NCBI GenBank assembly: GCA_051294375.1
Contig: JBJCIZ010000201.1
Location: 1 to 12,432, forward strand
Length of the DNA stretch: 12,432 nt
Origin: Paraspadella gotoi
Lineage: Eukaryota; Animalia; Chaetognatha
Direction of reading: 5' to 3'
Position numbers and translations under genes: made by a program. This document shows positions 1 to 9,388 of this stretch, in pieces. How positions within the stretch are numbered: position 1 is the stretch's first letter; each line of letters starts with the position of its first letter. The notes beneath the pieces are model-generated. The model was given only the letters and a program-made list of their open reading frames with translations, ran no database searches and had not been told where the DNA came from.

Positions 1-99
1 GGGGTGTAGGAGTCGAAAGGAGTTGGGTGTTGAGGCGTGGACGACCGCGTGGGCGTGGTGGCGGAGTAGGCGGCGGCGCATCTTCATTGATGATGGCTG

Positions 100-1060
100 G
101 CTTGAGGCGGTCGATGGAGACTGTCTCAATGCCTCTTCCGGGAATTTGCACTTTGAAGGTTTTATCGTGGCGCTCTATGACGACGAATGGACCATCATAA
201 GGAGGTTAGAGAGGTTTTGAATGTCCATCGCGGCGAATATAGACACGAGTGGCGTCTCGAAGTGTCTCTGGGACATGACTGGGATCGGGAGCATGCCAGG
301 CTGCGGGGAGTGGTTGCATAAGAGCCACGTCGGAGCGGAGTTCTTCTAGGACTTTGTTTCTTGCATTGGCGTCGGCGTCAGTGGGCGGGGCCGGAAGTAG
401 TTCCCCTGGGAAGGAAAGTTCAGTAGGTGAGATGTCAGAATCATCTCGAGGTGTAGCTCGGAAAGAAAGGAGGATCCAAGGTAGTTGCTGCAGCCAATTG
501 CTGCCTGCAGCATCGCAGCGTGTACGGAGTGCTGCTTTGAGAGTCCGGTGTAACCGCTCTACCATTCCGTTTGACTGTGGGTGTTGAGGGATCAAAACCA
601 ACCACTGTAGCAACTTGACGCCATAGTTCGGATGTAAATTGGGCACCTCTGTCAGTTGTGACGATAGAGGGTACACCAAAGCGGGCTACCCAATTTTGAA
701 GGAAAGCATTAGCAACAGATGCCGCGGTAGTATCTCGTAGTGGAGTTGCTTCTGGCCAGCGTGTGAAACTATCAATTATCGTTAAAAGATGAGTATGCCC
801 AGAAGCAGCAGGAAGATCAACATGGACATGAGAAAAGCGGCGATCTGAGGGCTGAAATGACTGTAGTGGTGCTTGCACATGGCGCTGCACTTTGGCTCGC
901 TGACAGGTGTCGCAAGAGGATGCCCATCGGCCAACATCACTCTGGATTGATGGTCATACAAATCTTGTTGTAATGAGCCGTTTTGTTGCTCTCACTCCAG
1001 GGTGGGCAATGATGTGAGTAGAGTCAAAAATTCGTCGACGCCATGTTGCTGGTACTAGAG
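100..1060 (-). pseudogene. Retroviral-type integrase (H2C2 zinc finger, DDE core, GPY/F module), disrupted
   Basis: HIIAHPG...RFV*PSIQSDVGRWASSCDTCQ. Catalytic D at 816-818, D at 651-653, E at 557-559. C-terminal KPL*PPYDGPFVV...VSIDRLKPA. Confidence 0.94.
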
Positions 1061-1352
1061 GGCGGGCACGGTGGCTTGAGACATCGCAAATGAGGTCGGA
1101 GCCGTTCACAGAGATATTTCTGAGTCTCAGTGCAGTGTGAGGATCCTTGAGGGGTCGTTGGACATCATCGTCAGACTCCTGGTCTTTTGCCATTGCAGAA
1201 AAGTTGATGTGCATGGCGCCAATGGCATTGATTGTTGCAGAGATATCACTTTGTGCTTTCGCGGTGTCTAATGGCGCTGACAGTTTGTTAGAAAAGGGTG
1301 CAGAGGGGTTTGAGATTGGGGCTTCCTGTGGTTCTGACATGACACTGGGTGG

Positions 1353-1650
1353 CCGAGAGAGGGCGTCTGCAACGACAGAGATGTGCCGAAAATCGCCAGT
1401 ATATTCAGCAATGCCAGCCAGTTGATAAGCTTGCCTCATTGTGTGTACCTCTGCTTTTTTGCGGACAGCAGGTACAAGTGAAATATGATCAGTGTATAGT
1501 GTAAAGCCGCGTCCCTCTAGGTAGGGTCGGAAATGGCGTATGGAACAGTGTGCTGCTAGCAGTTCCTTATCAAAAGGAGGCCATTTTCGCTGGTTGGATT
1601 TTAAGGGCTTAGAGAAAAAGCCAAGAGGTTGCCAGGTTGAATCGACCCGA
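1353..1650 (-). pseudogene. Ty3/Gypsy RNase H domain, C-terminal part
   Basis: Open frame RVDSTWQPLGFFSKPLKSNQRKWPPFDKELLAAHCSIRHFRPYLEGRGFTLYTDHISLVPAVRKKAEVHTMRQAYQLAGIAEYTGDFRHISVVADALSR. It extends ~70 codons upstream of the Met used by the ORF track. The N-terminal TDAS motif is absent. Confidence 0.92.
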
Positions 1651-1664
1651 ACGACTGATGCCGA

Positions 1665-1830
1665 GTGAAACGAGAAAGAAAACTGAAACGACGAAATGAA
1701 ACAGAGATACGCGACCCTCGGAGACGAGAGATGAGAACTGGAGAAGAGATAGGCCGATCGAGAAGACAGAAGAGACGGAGAGATCGAGGAGGGGAGAGGA
1801 GAGAGAGAAGCAAAGAAAAAAGGCGAGGAT
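1665..1830. repeat. Purine-rich (GA-type) low-complexity tract
   Basis: Mostly A/G, with gagaagag/gagacgagag-like words. It lies just beyond the pol truncation point. Confidence 0.8.
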
Positions 1831-1957
1831 AGTTGGATTTGGAATTTAAATTGCGACGGTGTTTTTTCTTGTTCTTGAAAAAAAATGGTGGAAGGAGAGA
1901 GTTGACATTATTACTCTAGCAATTGCGATTATCTTACTCGGTGGCTGTGACACACCC

Positions 1958-2210
1958 TTTTTATCTCGCAGACGGGCCATAAGCCCGTCCAACTGGTCTT
2001 TGTTGACATACATCGTTCGTCGTCACGCTTTTTTTTTCTCTATATCAGTCTTTGACTGCGGCTTACAATTTGTTTTTATCGAGCCTACGCTGAAGCCAGG
2101 TTTCCAGGCTCGATATTTGTTATCGGCTCCTTTCGGGTGAGCTTCTTTGCTGCGTCGTCGTCGGCGTCACGCTTTTTTGTATAACAAAACTACTGCGCTT
2201 TACTAGTTTT
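1958..2210 (+). mobile_element. Possible non-autonomous Helentron (HINE/DINE-1-like) terminal fragments
   Basis: A T-run is followed by a perfect 10-bp inverted repeat, TATCGAGCCT (2077-2086) / AGGCTCGATA (2106-2115), then a short (CGT)n run and CGTCACGCTTTTTT. A GC-rich hairpin GACGGGC-cataa-GCCCGTC (1971-1989) is followed by CTGGT. ACTAGTTTT occurs at ~2202-2210. The layout resembles HINE ends but the family was not identified. Confidence 0.4.
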
Positions 2211-2944
2211 GTTATATTATTAAAGATACTGTTCCCTTTTAAACTTAGCAAATGTAGATCATAGTTATAGTTATTATCTTAGTTTTAAAGATCCTTCCTC
2301 AATTAAAAATTGCACTACTTTTATTCAGTCCGCCCTATAACTATAACGTAACAAAAATTGCTTCTATACCTATTTTAAAAAAATCTTTGCCTTGGCCCAT
2401 CTTGGTGAAAATTAAAGATTTTAAATTGCTTCTTTGTTACATATGCGTGCGTCGTTCGTGTCGTCCCTCTTGTTGGTGCGTCACGCATTTTTTTAACATC
2501 TGATTCTATTAATAAGTGTTAGTATCATGGGAGTTTAAAATTTAGACTATTGGCGCTCTCAATCATCAAGATCTTTGAAGTTGTCATGATTTCATAATCA
2601 ATTCGATTTGCTTAGGTTTCTTTTACAAAACAAAAACGTTTTAATATATACGTCGCTCTCTCTCTCTCGTCTCCTCTTTCTATTACTAGTCGCTTCATCT
2701 CTTCACTCTTTTTTCTCCGTCCCTGCTCATACTTCTGAATTCGTCTAAAAACAAGTTTCAGACTCTGCCCGCGCTGCAGCTCCTTTCTCTTCTCAAACTT
2801 TCTGGGATTCCAAAGAGAAAATGGGAAATTGGTGTATTCAGCGCGGAGAATGCATGAGCCGTAAAAGGGACATCAAACTACTGGAGTCATAAGGAAGAAA
2901 AGAAAGAGGAGAGAGCGATCGAAGGGAGGAGGCGCATAGGATAA

Positions 2945-2965
2945 GGGGCGGGGGGCAGGGGCGGG
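2945..2965 (+). other. G-quadruplex consensus motif with two GC boxes
   Basis: GGGG-C-GGGGGG-CA-GGGG-C-GGG: four G-runs with 1-2 nt loops. Function not shown. Confidence 0.55.
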
Positions 2966-3640
2966 TTGGATTTCAAAATACAAAAAGGAACAAGAACGAT
3001 AATATCAAATGTTTGCCCGCACGTGTGACAGCTTTTTCTTGGTACTTGACATTCACATGAGCTCACAATGAATGACATTGACATACTAGCACGACTTCAT
3101 GACTACAATAACATTTCTTAGATCGCACGTTATATTATGACATGCACTCCCATCAAAATTCAGTACTTTTATTTTTTTTAGTTTTAGATTTCCTGAAGGC
3201 GCGTAGCAACCCTTAGATTTGAGATTTTTTCTGACTGAACAAGAGCAACAAACAGACATACCGACCCGACCTACAAACATGACAACAGCCGACCGAAAAG
3301 TGAACTATTGCAGTTATCTCCGCTGCAGTACTCGCGTCGCAACTAAACAAGGAAATGACAAACAAATGCGACATAATGGCATTAGAAACTGAGAAGAGAA
3401 AGTAGAGGGAAGATGGTCAACTGTTAATCCGAGCGGAATGCGCAGTCGTCGTCTCGTTGTCATTCACCTTCTATCCGCAATTCGTGACCCAGTCTCGCGT
3501 CGCCGTGTCACTATCTTACCATCTTGTCATGGCCTCCCGGGCTCCGTCGTCATCGTTCTCGTCTTCTTGTCTCTTCCTCACATCGCATATAAGTGAGAAT
3601 CAGTCGTCGCTTGTCGCCATATCGTCGGATCATGTTATCG

Positions 3641-4280
3641 TCTTCCATGAGCAGCTCAGTCTCCGTCATCGTCCGATCGACATTTCATCATTCGATCATT
3701 GTTTCCCGAGCCAGATCAGACGTCCTTCTTCGTTGTCACCATCGTCATCGTGTTTCCCGAGCCAGGTCAGACTCTGTCATCGTCGTTAGTCTCACTTCTG
3801 AGCCGGTCAGACTCTCATCGTCGTCCGCCAAATCGTCGTCTTTCATCATTCTTCCCGACGCCGTCAGACTCCGTCATTTCGTCGTTCGTCGCTTGTCATC
3901 GATCTTCCCGAGCGTCAGACTCCATCATCGGTCGCTCGCCAACATTGTCGTTGTTCCATTTCTTCCGAGCAGGTCATTAGACTCCGTCATCGTCTCGTCG
4001 TTGTCTTCATCTCTTTTCACCGAGCCGGTCAGACTCCGTCATCGTCGGTCAACCAATCATCGTCGTTGTCATCGTCTTCCCTGCGGTCAGACTCGTCATC
4101 GTTCACCATCGTCATCTTGTCTATCATCGTCTTGCCCGAGCTGGTCAATACCTCCCGTTCATCATCGTCGCCATCGTCGTCCAGTTTCATCATCTTCCCG
4201 AGCCGGTCTCAGACTCCGTCATCGTTCGTCCGTTGTCATCTGTGCTTCCCGTAGCCCAGTCAGACTCCCTCTCGTCGTCG
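3641..4280. repeat. Degenerate tandem repeat (minisatellite), ~12 units of 42-63 bp
   Basis: Core CTTCCCGAGCCGGTCAGACTCCGTCATCGTC recurs at ~3641, 3702, 3753, 3795, 3851, 3904, 3962, 4015, 4076, 4131, 4194 and 4245, separated by TCG/TCA-rich linkers. Related sequence fades leftward to ~3500. Confidence 0.9.
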
Positions 4281-5563
4281 CGGACTCTCCATGACGACCT
4301 AACAAATAAACTTTCTCATTGCCACTTATTTAAACAAAAGCTATATAATCCGTTTCTTTTCATTTCCGCTACAGAGCGTCGCCTCGCGTCGATTCTTCAC
4401 TCATAGTCTACTCTATGGATCTCTAGTTGCAGCAACTATAAATATTTCTTCTATTACGTCCTCATGTGTTACATGGTAGCGTCATCAGTCACAGGTTTGC
4501 ACGAATGTCGCGACAGACGATGAACTTCGAGGACGAGTTTTTTTGGGATAAACTTTTTTTTGCCACTTATAAATGTGAATTATGCACAAATGCCACATGC
4601 AATTGTTGACACTTGTTGCATAACAAGAAAATACGGCATCAGGTCCCAGTCGTATGGCAGGCCCCGAAAGGAATGGTCTCAGTCGTAGCATGGTCAGTCA
4701 GTAGTCATTAGTATTGAGTAATTGAAAAAGATATTGAGGGATGCAACAGTTCATTTTTTACTGCCTGCATGGACAACTGTAATTAATGAAATTTTTAATT
4801 TTTTTTCTTTTTTTAAATTTTTTTAGCATAACGAGCTATAGTAAATGCATTGATTTACTGTAGTAATATTCAATCAATATCGTTAATTCAAATATTTTTA
4901 TTCATTATTAGAACGATTGATTACCGTAAAAAAGACTAATAACTTTTATAAATATGTTATATGATATTATAATGTCTTGATCATAAAAATGCCTTAAAAT
5001 GTATTAACACTATTATAAGTTTCTACAACCATCAATGAATTTTTATTTTTTTCCCATTTTAAACGCTGAAGATGACAAAATTTTTTCGAATAATATTTTT
5101 TGATATAATTAGAATAATATATTATAATAATTATATTACACATTATTTTTAAATTACTGATTTTATAAGAACATTTCTACAAATATATTATATTTTACTA
5201 TCTGTTCCCGAGCACAATGGATGACAAATCATATTTTGTACTAGTTATTCATCATAGGCGTTTAAAAATTAAAAAATATAACAAATCGAAAAGGTCATAA
5301 CTATTTTATGTTATAAAATCTGAGAATTCGATTGATGATAACCATTTTTTGTATAGTCTTCTCTTTGTCCGGAATGGCGATTTCTTGCCAGCATATAAGG
5401 TGCCTATAAAATGGAGCAAACATTGTAGAGTAATAAAAAACTCACATTATTAAATTTCTATAAAAAAGCGCATATTTAACTTACAATAATATGAAAATAA
5501 AAAACCAAATATAAATATTTTGGTAAGTTTATTTACAAATTTCATATTTCCATTTGAACCATG

Positions 5564-5890
5564 TGTAAGTTAACTTCACGCATGGAGATCAATCTCGCCA
5601 AAATCCAAACGACTCAGAGGATCTCGCGGATCCCCAGCCATTGAACGCTGAATGTTTTCTTAGCCGAGACGGAACCAGACCCGACCAATCAGCTTGGCAG
5701 AACAATTTGATTGTCAAAATCACTCTTGCCTCTGATCCTGCTCTTTTTTAATAACTAGTTTGATTCTCTCTTATCTCAGTTATAATTGATTCAGACTTCC
5801 TGCGCTGCCGTCCTCACCCGTCACCTTTATTTACCGCGAATAAATCGAGTTCGATCTCAACCTGCGAAATCTATGAGTTTTTACCTTAAA
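5564..5890 (+). mobile_element. Putative 5' LTR of a second LTR retrotransposon (~327 bp)
   Basis: Begins TGTAAGTTAA and ends TTACCTTAAA (8/10 inverted match; CTTAAA is one change from CTTACA). Contains CCAATCAG (5685), TATAAT (5781) and AATAAA (5839-5844) in the expected order. A PBS-like sequence follows directly. No partner LTR in the window. Confidence 0.5.
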
Positions 5891-5906
5891 TGATGTGTGA
5901 CAGGAC
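5891..5906 (+). promoter_or_regulatory. Degenerate primer-binding site, tRNA-His-like
   Basis: TGATGTGTGACAGGAC aligns with TGGTGCCGTGACCAGGA (complement of a tRNA-His 3' end, recalled from memory) with two substitutions and two 1-nt gaps. It abuts the putative LTR end. Confidence 0.4.
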
Positions 5907-6380
5907 TTCTGGGCAGACTCCCACTCCTCCAAGAGCCACCAAACGACCAGACCACCCCATAATGGATCCGTGCCTCAACCTCCGCCGCTGCGCGCAGCAT
6001 TTACCACCCACTGCCGCACCCAAGGAAATTGACGAAGGCGGGATCCGGACAAGACGAAACCAAAGACCACATTGTCAGAAGGGAGACGTAGCATAGTGCC
6101 GACACGAGACAACTTAATACGCAATTTGTAATGCGCCCGACGTTTTCAAAGCACTCGAATCACGACAAGGAAGAGTCATTGCAAAGCAGATAATGCAGTG
6201 ATCGTCAACTGAGGCATATAAAAATCAAAAAATTTGTTTTCTCGCAGAAAAAGAACTCCAAAGCCTGGATTGCAAGTAATCTCCATGACACGGCACATGT
6301 TGCAGTCACCCGAAATATGGACGCCATTCTCTGCCAGCTGGCATCAAACTGATTTGAGATACCCAAAGCCAAACAAATCA
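5907..6380 (+). pseudogene. Possible heavily decayed gag-like region
   Basis: An A/C-rich, higher-GC island directly after the PBS-like site that ends abruptly in AT-rich DNA. No intact ORF. Peptide fragments (IMQ*SSTEAYK, MDAILCQL) only loosely recall Gypsy gag N-termini. The call rests mostly on position. Confidence 0.25.
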
Positions 6381-7469
6381 AGCTAAGTAAAAATTAAAAT
6401 TTAAAATTTTTAAAACCGCCAGATTGCGATTCCTTCCAAAAAGATTGATATAAAAGTATATCCCATTTTTAAAGAAATTATTTTATTCAAGATACGAGCA
6501 TCAAAACTATTAATTTTTGTTTAAGTTTTCAATTTAATGTCCTGAATTATACAAAAAATGTCACACCACTCGAATATTTACAGATACAGTTACACTAAAA
6601 TAGCTACTGTACCTCACTTAATTATTATATTTGTTAATTTTCAACGCTCTCATTATTCATTACTATCTCACATCTTAAATATCTAGTTCGATCATTCAAA
6701 TAAATTTTATGATTCTTGAGTTCGCCTGTAGCATCGTCCAGTCGAAGAGTTGAGTTGAGTGTTGAGTTTTTCAAAGGCTCATCAAAGATCCCAATCCCTC
6801 TTTTGTAACTTGAAATGTTTGACATTTATTTTTCTTAATTACTCAAGCTTACATTAAAAACTCGAGTCTAAACTAACGTTGATTGCGCACTCTGACGATT
6901 CTTTCTATACTCGTTAAATCTTAACTCGATGCCGTTCTTAAATCTTATTTGAAAATATCTTATTATAAATTTTTCTAAGAAATTCATATAATTTTTTTTC
7001 TAAGAAAACAACTTTTGTATAAGATATATACTTCAAAATGAATTATTATTATTATGTAATTCGACGCCCAAGAATAAAAAATTATCCATTCATTTTTTAA
7101 TAATAAGCCTATCTGTCCCCTGATTGCTTTGGTTGTGACTTCTAAGGCCTCCATCACACAGCTAATAACTTATCAATTATATAATTAATTATTGTTAATA
7201 TTATTGATTTAATTATATTATTATATTATTATATTGAAATTTACATTTCTTATTGATTAATATCTCTTTATCTTATTTTAAATTTTCACCCGTTTATTAG
7301 ATCCAGTGTTCATATTCGTTTCGACCTTATCTTCAGCATCGTGCCAATATCCTAGGTAGGCTCGTCCTTCCCAACCCGCCCTCCAATCGTCCCGTCAAGA
7401 TTCATGCTCGCTCTCCGCCATCTCCGACTGTCTCCTTCTCGCCGCGCAGTTCATGTAAAATAGACGGCA

Positions 7470-7620
7470 TCTCTCTCTCTCTCTTCTCTCCTCTCTGCTC
7501 TCTCTCCTCTTCTCTCTCTCTCTCTTATCTTCTCTCATCTCCTCTATACTCATTCTCTTCTCAACCCCCTTCCCTCTCTCTCTCTCTCTCTCCTCCCCCT
7601 CCTCTCTCTCCTCACTCATC
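7470..7620. repeat. Imperfect (CT)n microsatellite / pyrimidine tract
   Basis: Interrupted CT dinucleotide runs. This explains the E/R-rich ORF 7395..7619. Confidence 0.9.
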
Positions 7621-9347
7621 CATCACGCTTCGACGGATCGCCATTTAGACGTATTCCATCCACGAATGACGCCCTTCTCAAGATGGCGTTTCAATCGCCG
7701 GATATTTGTCCCAAAATCACGCGTTCAAAATTCCCTCACGACTGACGTTATCGTTTTCGTGATTGGGGCTCGTGGCCGATCATTCGGCGCAAGAAGAGTC
7801 ACATTGTCCTTAGACGCGATGTACAGTCTCGTTACTAGAATAACTATGCAGTTTAAAAAAATTTCATATATGTGAATTTTTCTTTTTATGTTTCTAATCT
7901 AATTGTCATTACTCCCGTGTTGAATAGTTATAGTATAAAAAAATTAATACAAAAATTACTTTAAGCTCTCAGATACAGTGTTAAAATACATAGAATGCAT
8001 ACTAGAATTCAAACTTAAAGAAGACGATTGTTTATTTGTAATTTAGTGAAAACATATCTCCTTAAAAAACAATTGCAATAAAACTCCTCTGTTTAAAGCT
8101 TTGTTGATAATCAAAAATTTTTAAATTGTAATCCATCTGTTATCTGTCCGTCCTTTCTCCGTACCTGAGTTGAAATTTTGTCCGCTGATTAAAAAACTAT
8201 TCATTGAGCTGCGAATACACAGGTTCAAAGAATTCAGCTATGGAAGCTAGTATCAAAATAGAAAAAAGTAAAATCAATTTTAGTTTATTATTTAATATAT
8301 ATTTTTAATATTATTTTTAATATGTTCAAATTAAAGCACCAAGCCACGCACCTTTCAGTCAACTTTAATATCTTTTTTATCTGACGTCTTCCTGGCTTAC
8401 AAAAAAAAAAATATGTTTTTTTGCCATCAACGTGCAACCCTTCTCATCATTAACACAATCAGAATTTCTCTTGCTTTGGCTCTCTTCTTCACGCTTGCCT
8501 CTCTCTCTGTCACTTCTCTTTTTTTGCATCAATTTCAAGAACTTTTGCTCATTACTCAGCTTGTTATTCAATAACATATCAAATGCCTCTTTTCCATTTC
8601 TTCAATTACAATATTACAAATAATTATCTGATTAGCATATGATTTATGTCTTTGATGCATTAAAAATTCTATAATCAAATGTCTAATAAGGAGGAAAAAA
8701 AACAAAAAAACTTAGTTATTCTTTTAATATAAAAAAATATACAGATATAATATTATAAAATTAAACTAGTTTATAAAATTAACAATAGCAAATGATCATA
8801 TAATAATCAGAAATAAAGAAAAACATGTCCATCAACACTATCCGTCTGGAATATTATGGAACATTAAAAGGAAAAAACCCATGCTCAGTCTGAGACATTA
8901 TAATATTTGTATTAAATAATAAATAAATCAAAAAATTAAAAACATCAGATTTGTGACAAAATCATTGGCAGAAACATCTGTTTTTTTTAATATATTATTT
9001 CACAGTTATTATTCATAATCTCTCAATAACAATTTTTTTTGAAAATTTAAATATTCAACTTTTAATTAAATAAAAATATTTACTGTACTAATTATAAAAT
9101 ATTTTTAAAATCTATTACTAAACGTTCTCACAAGATAAAGCTATGATCATTTCCCAAATTGCTTACTTAGATCTTTCTTAAGAACGCCAAACAAGTCACA
9201 GCCACCAAATGAATACAAAAACTGAAAAAAGCAATATTGTCTTTTGTCAAGCTCATTCAGCCGTGAAATTACATTTTCCACCGAGACTATCATACCCGCA
9301 CCCTTAACGAATTGTAAAATATCGACTTCAAGTTCGTCAGAACGGAT

Positions 9348-9388
9348 GAGAGAGAAGAGCGAGACGACGAGAGAGAGAGAGAGAGAAG
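9348..9388. repeat. (GA)n microsatellite
   Basis: gagagagaagagcgagacgacgagagagagagagagagaag. Confidence 0.85.

Larger units (their letters stand above)
1..1650 (-). mobile_element. pol: Decayed Ty3/Gypsy LTR retrotransposon pol fragment (RNase H - integrase), 5'-truncated at ~1650 and running off the window start
   Basis: Manual minus-strand translation joins ORFs 954..1439, 441..890 and 206..679 into one polyprotein: WQPLGFFSKPL...FDKELLA...LEGRGFTLYTDH...ADALSR (RNase H), H-x3-HPG...CDTCQ (zinc finger), VD/TDRG/HPQSNGMVER (DDE core), PPYDGPF and VSIDRLKP (GPY/F module). RNase H before integrase is the Gypsy order. Lesions: TGA at 954-956, frameshift near 590, TAA at 206-208. Confidence 0.96.

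Noticed and set aside
23-1425. Plus-strand ORFs 23..220, 354..587 and 1147..1425
   Set aside because: They are antisense shadows of the Gypsy pol frame.
3641-4280. CRISPR-like repeat-spacer appearance
   Set aside because: The cores are degenerate, the linkers resemble each other and are low complexity, there are no cas genes, and the context is eukaryotic.
3457-4294. ORFs of 233, 110, 93 and 62 aa (Ser/Arg/His/Val-rich)
   Set aside because: They are by-products of a stop-poor TCG/TCA repeat. The unit phase drifts between frames, so no consistent peptide repeat is maintained.
4505-4710. Plus-strand YKCELC zinc-finger-like peptide
   Set aside because: It is followed by a stop, there is no correctly spaced His pair, and nothing else supports it.
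7300-7345. Minus-strand CTGAAGA-taaggtc-GAAAC resembling a hammerhead ribozyme core (Penelope-type)
   Set aside because: Stem II cannot form from TAAGGTC, and I found no stem I or stem III complement. At most an unrecognisable relic.
7395-7619. E/R-rich ORF (similarly 1601..1813 and 10263..10667)
   Set aside because: These are translations of CT/GA/CTTT microsatellites.
7666-7875. 69-aa ORF and a CAAGATGGCG YY1-like motif
   Set aside because: There is no recognisable domain, and a single short motif is not enough to call a promoter.
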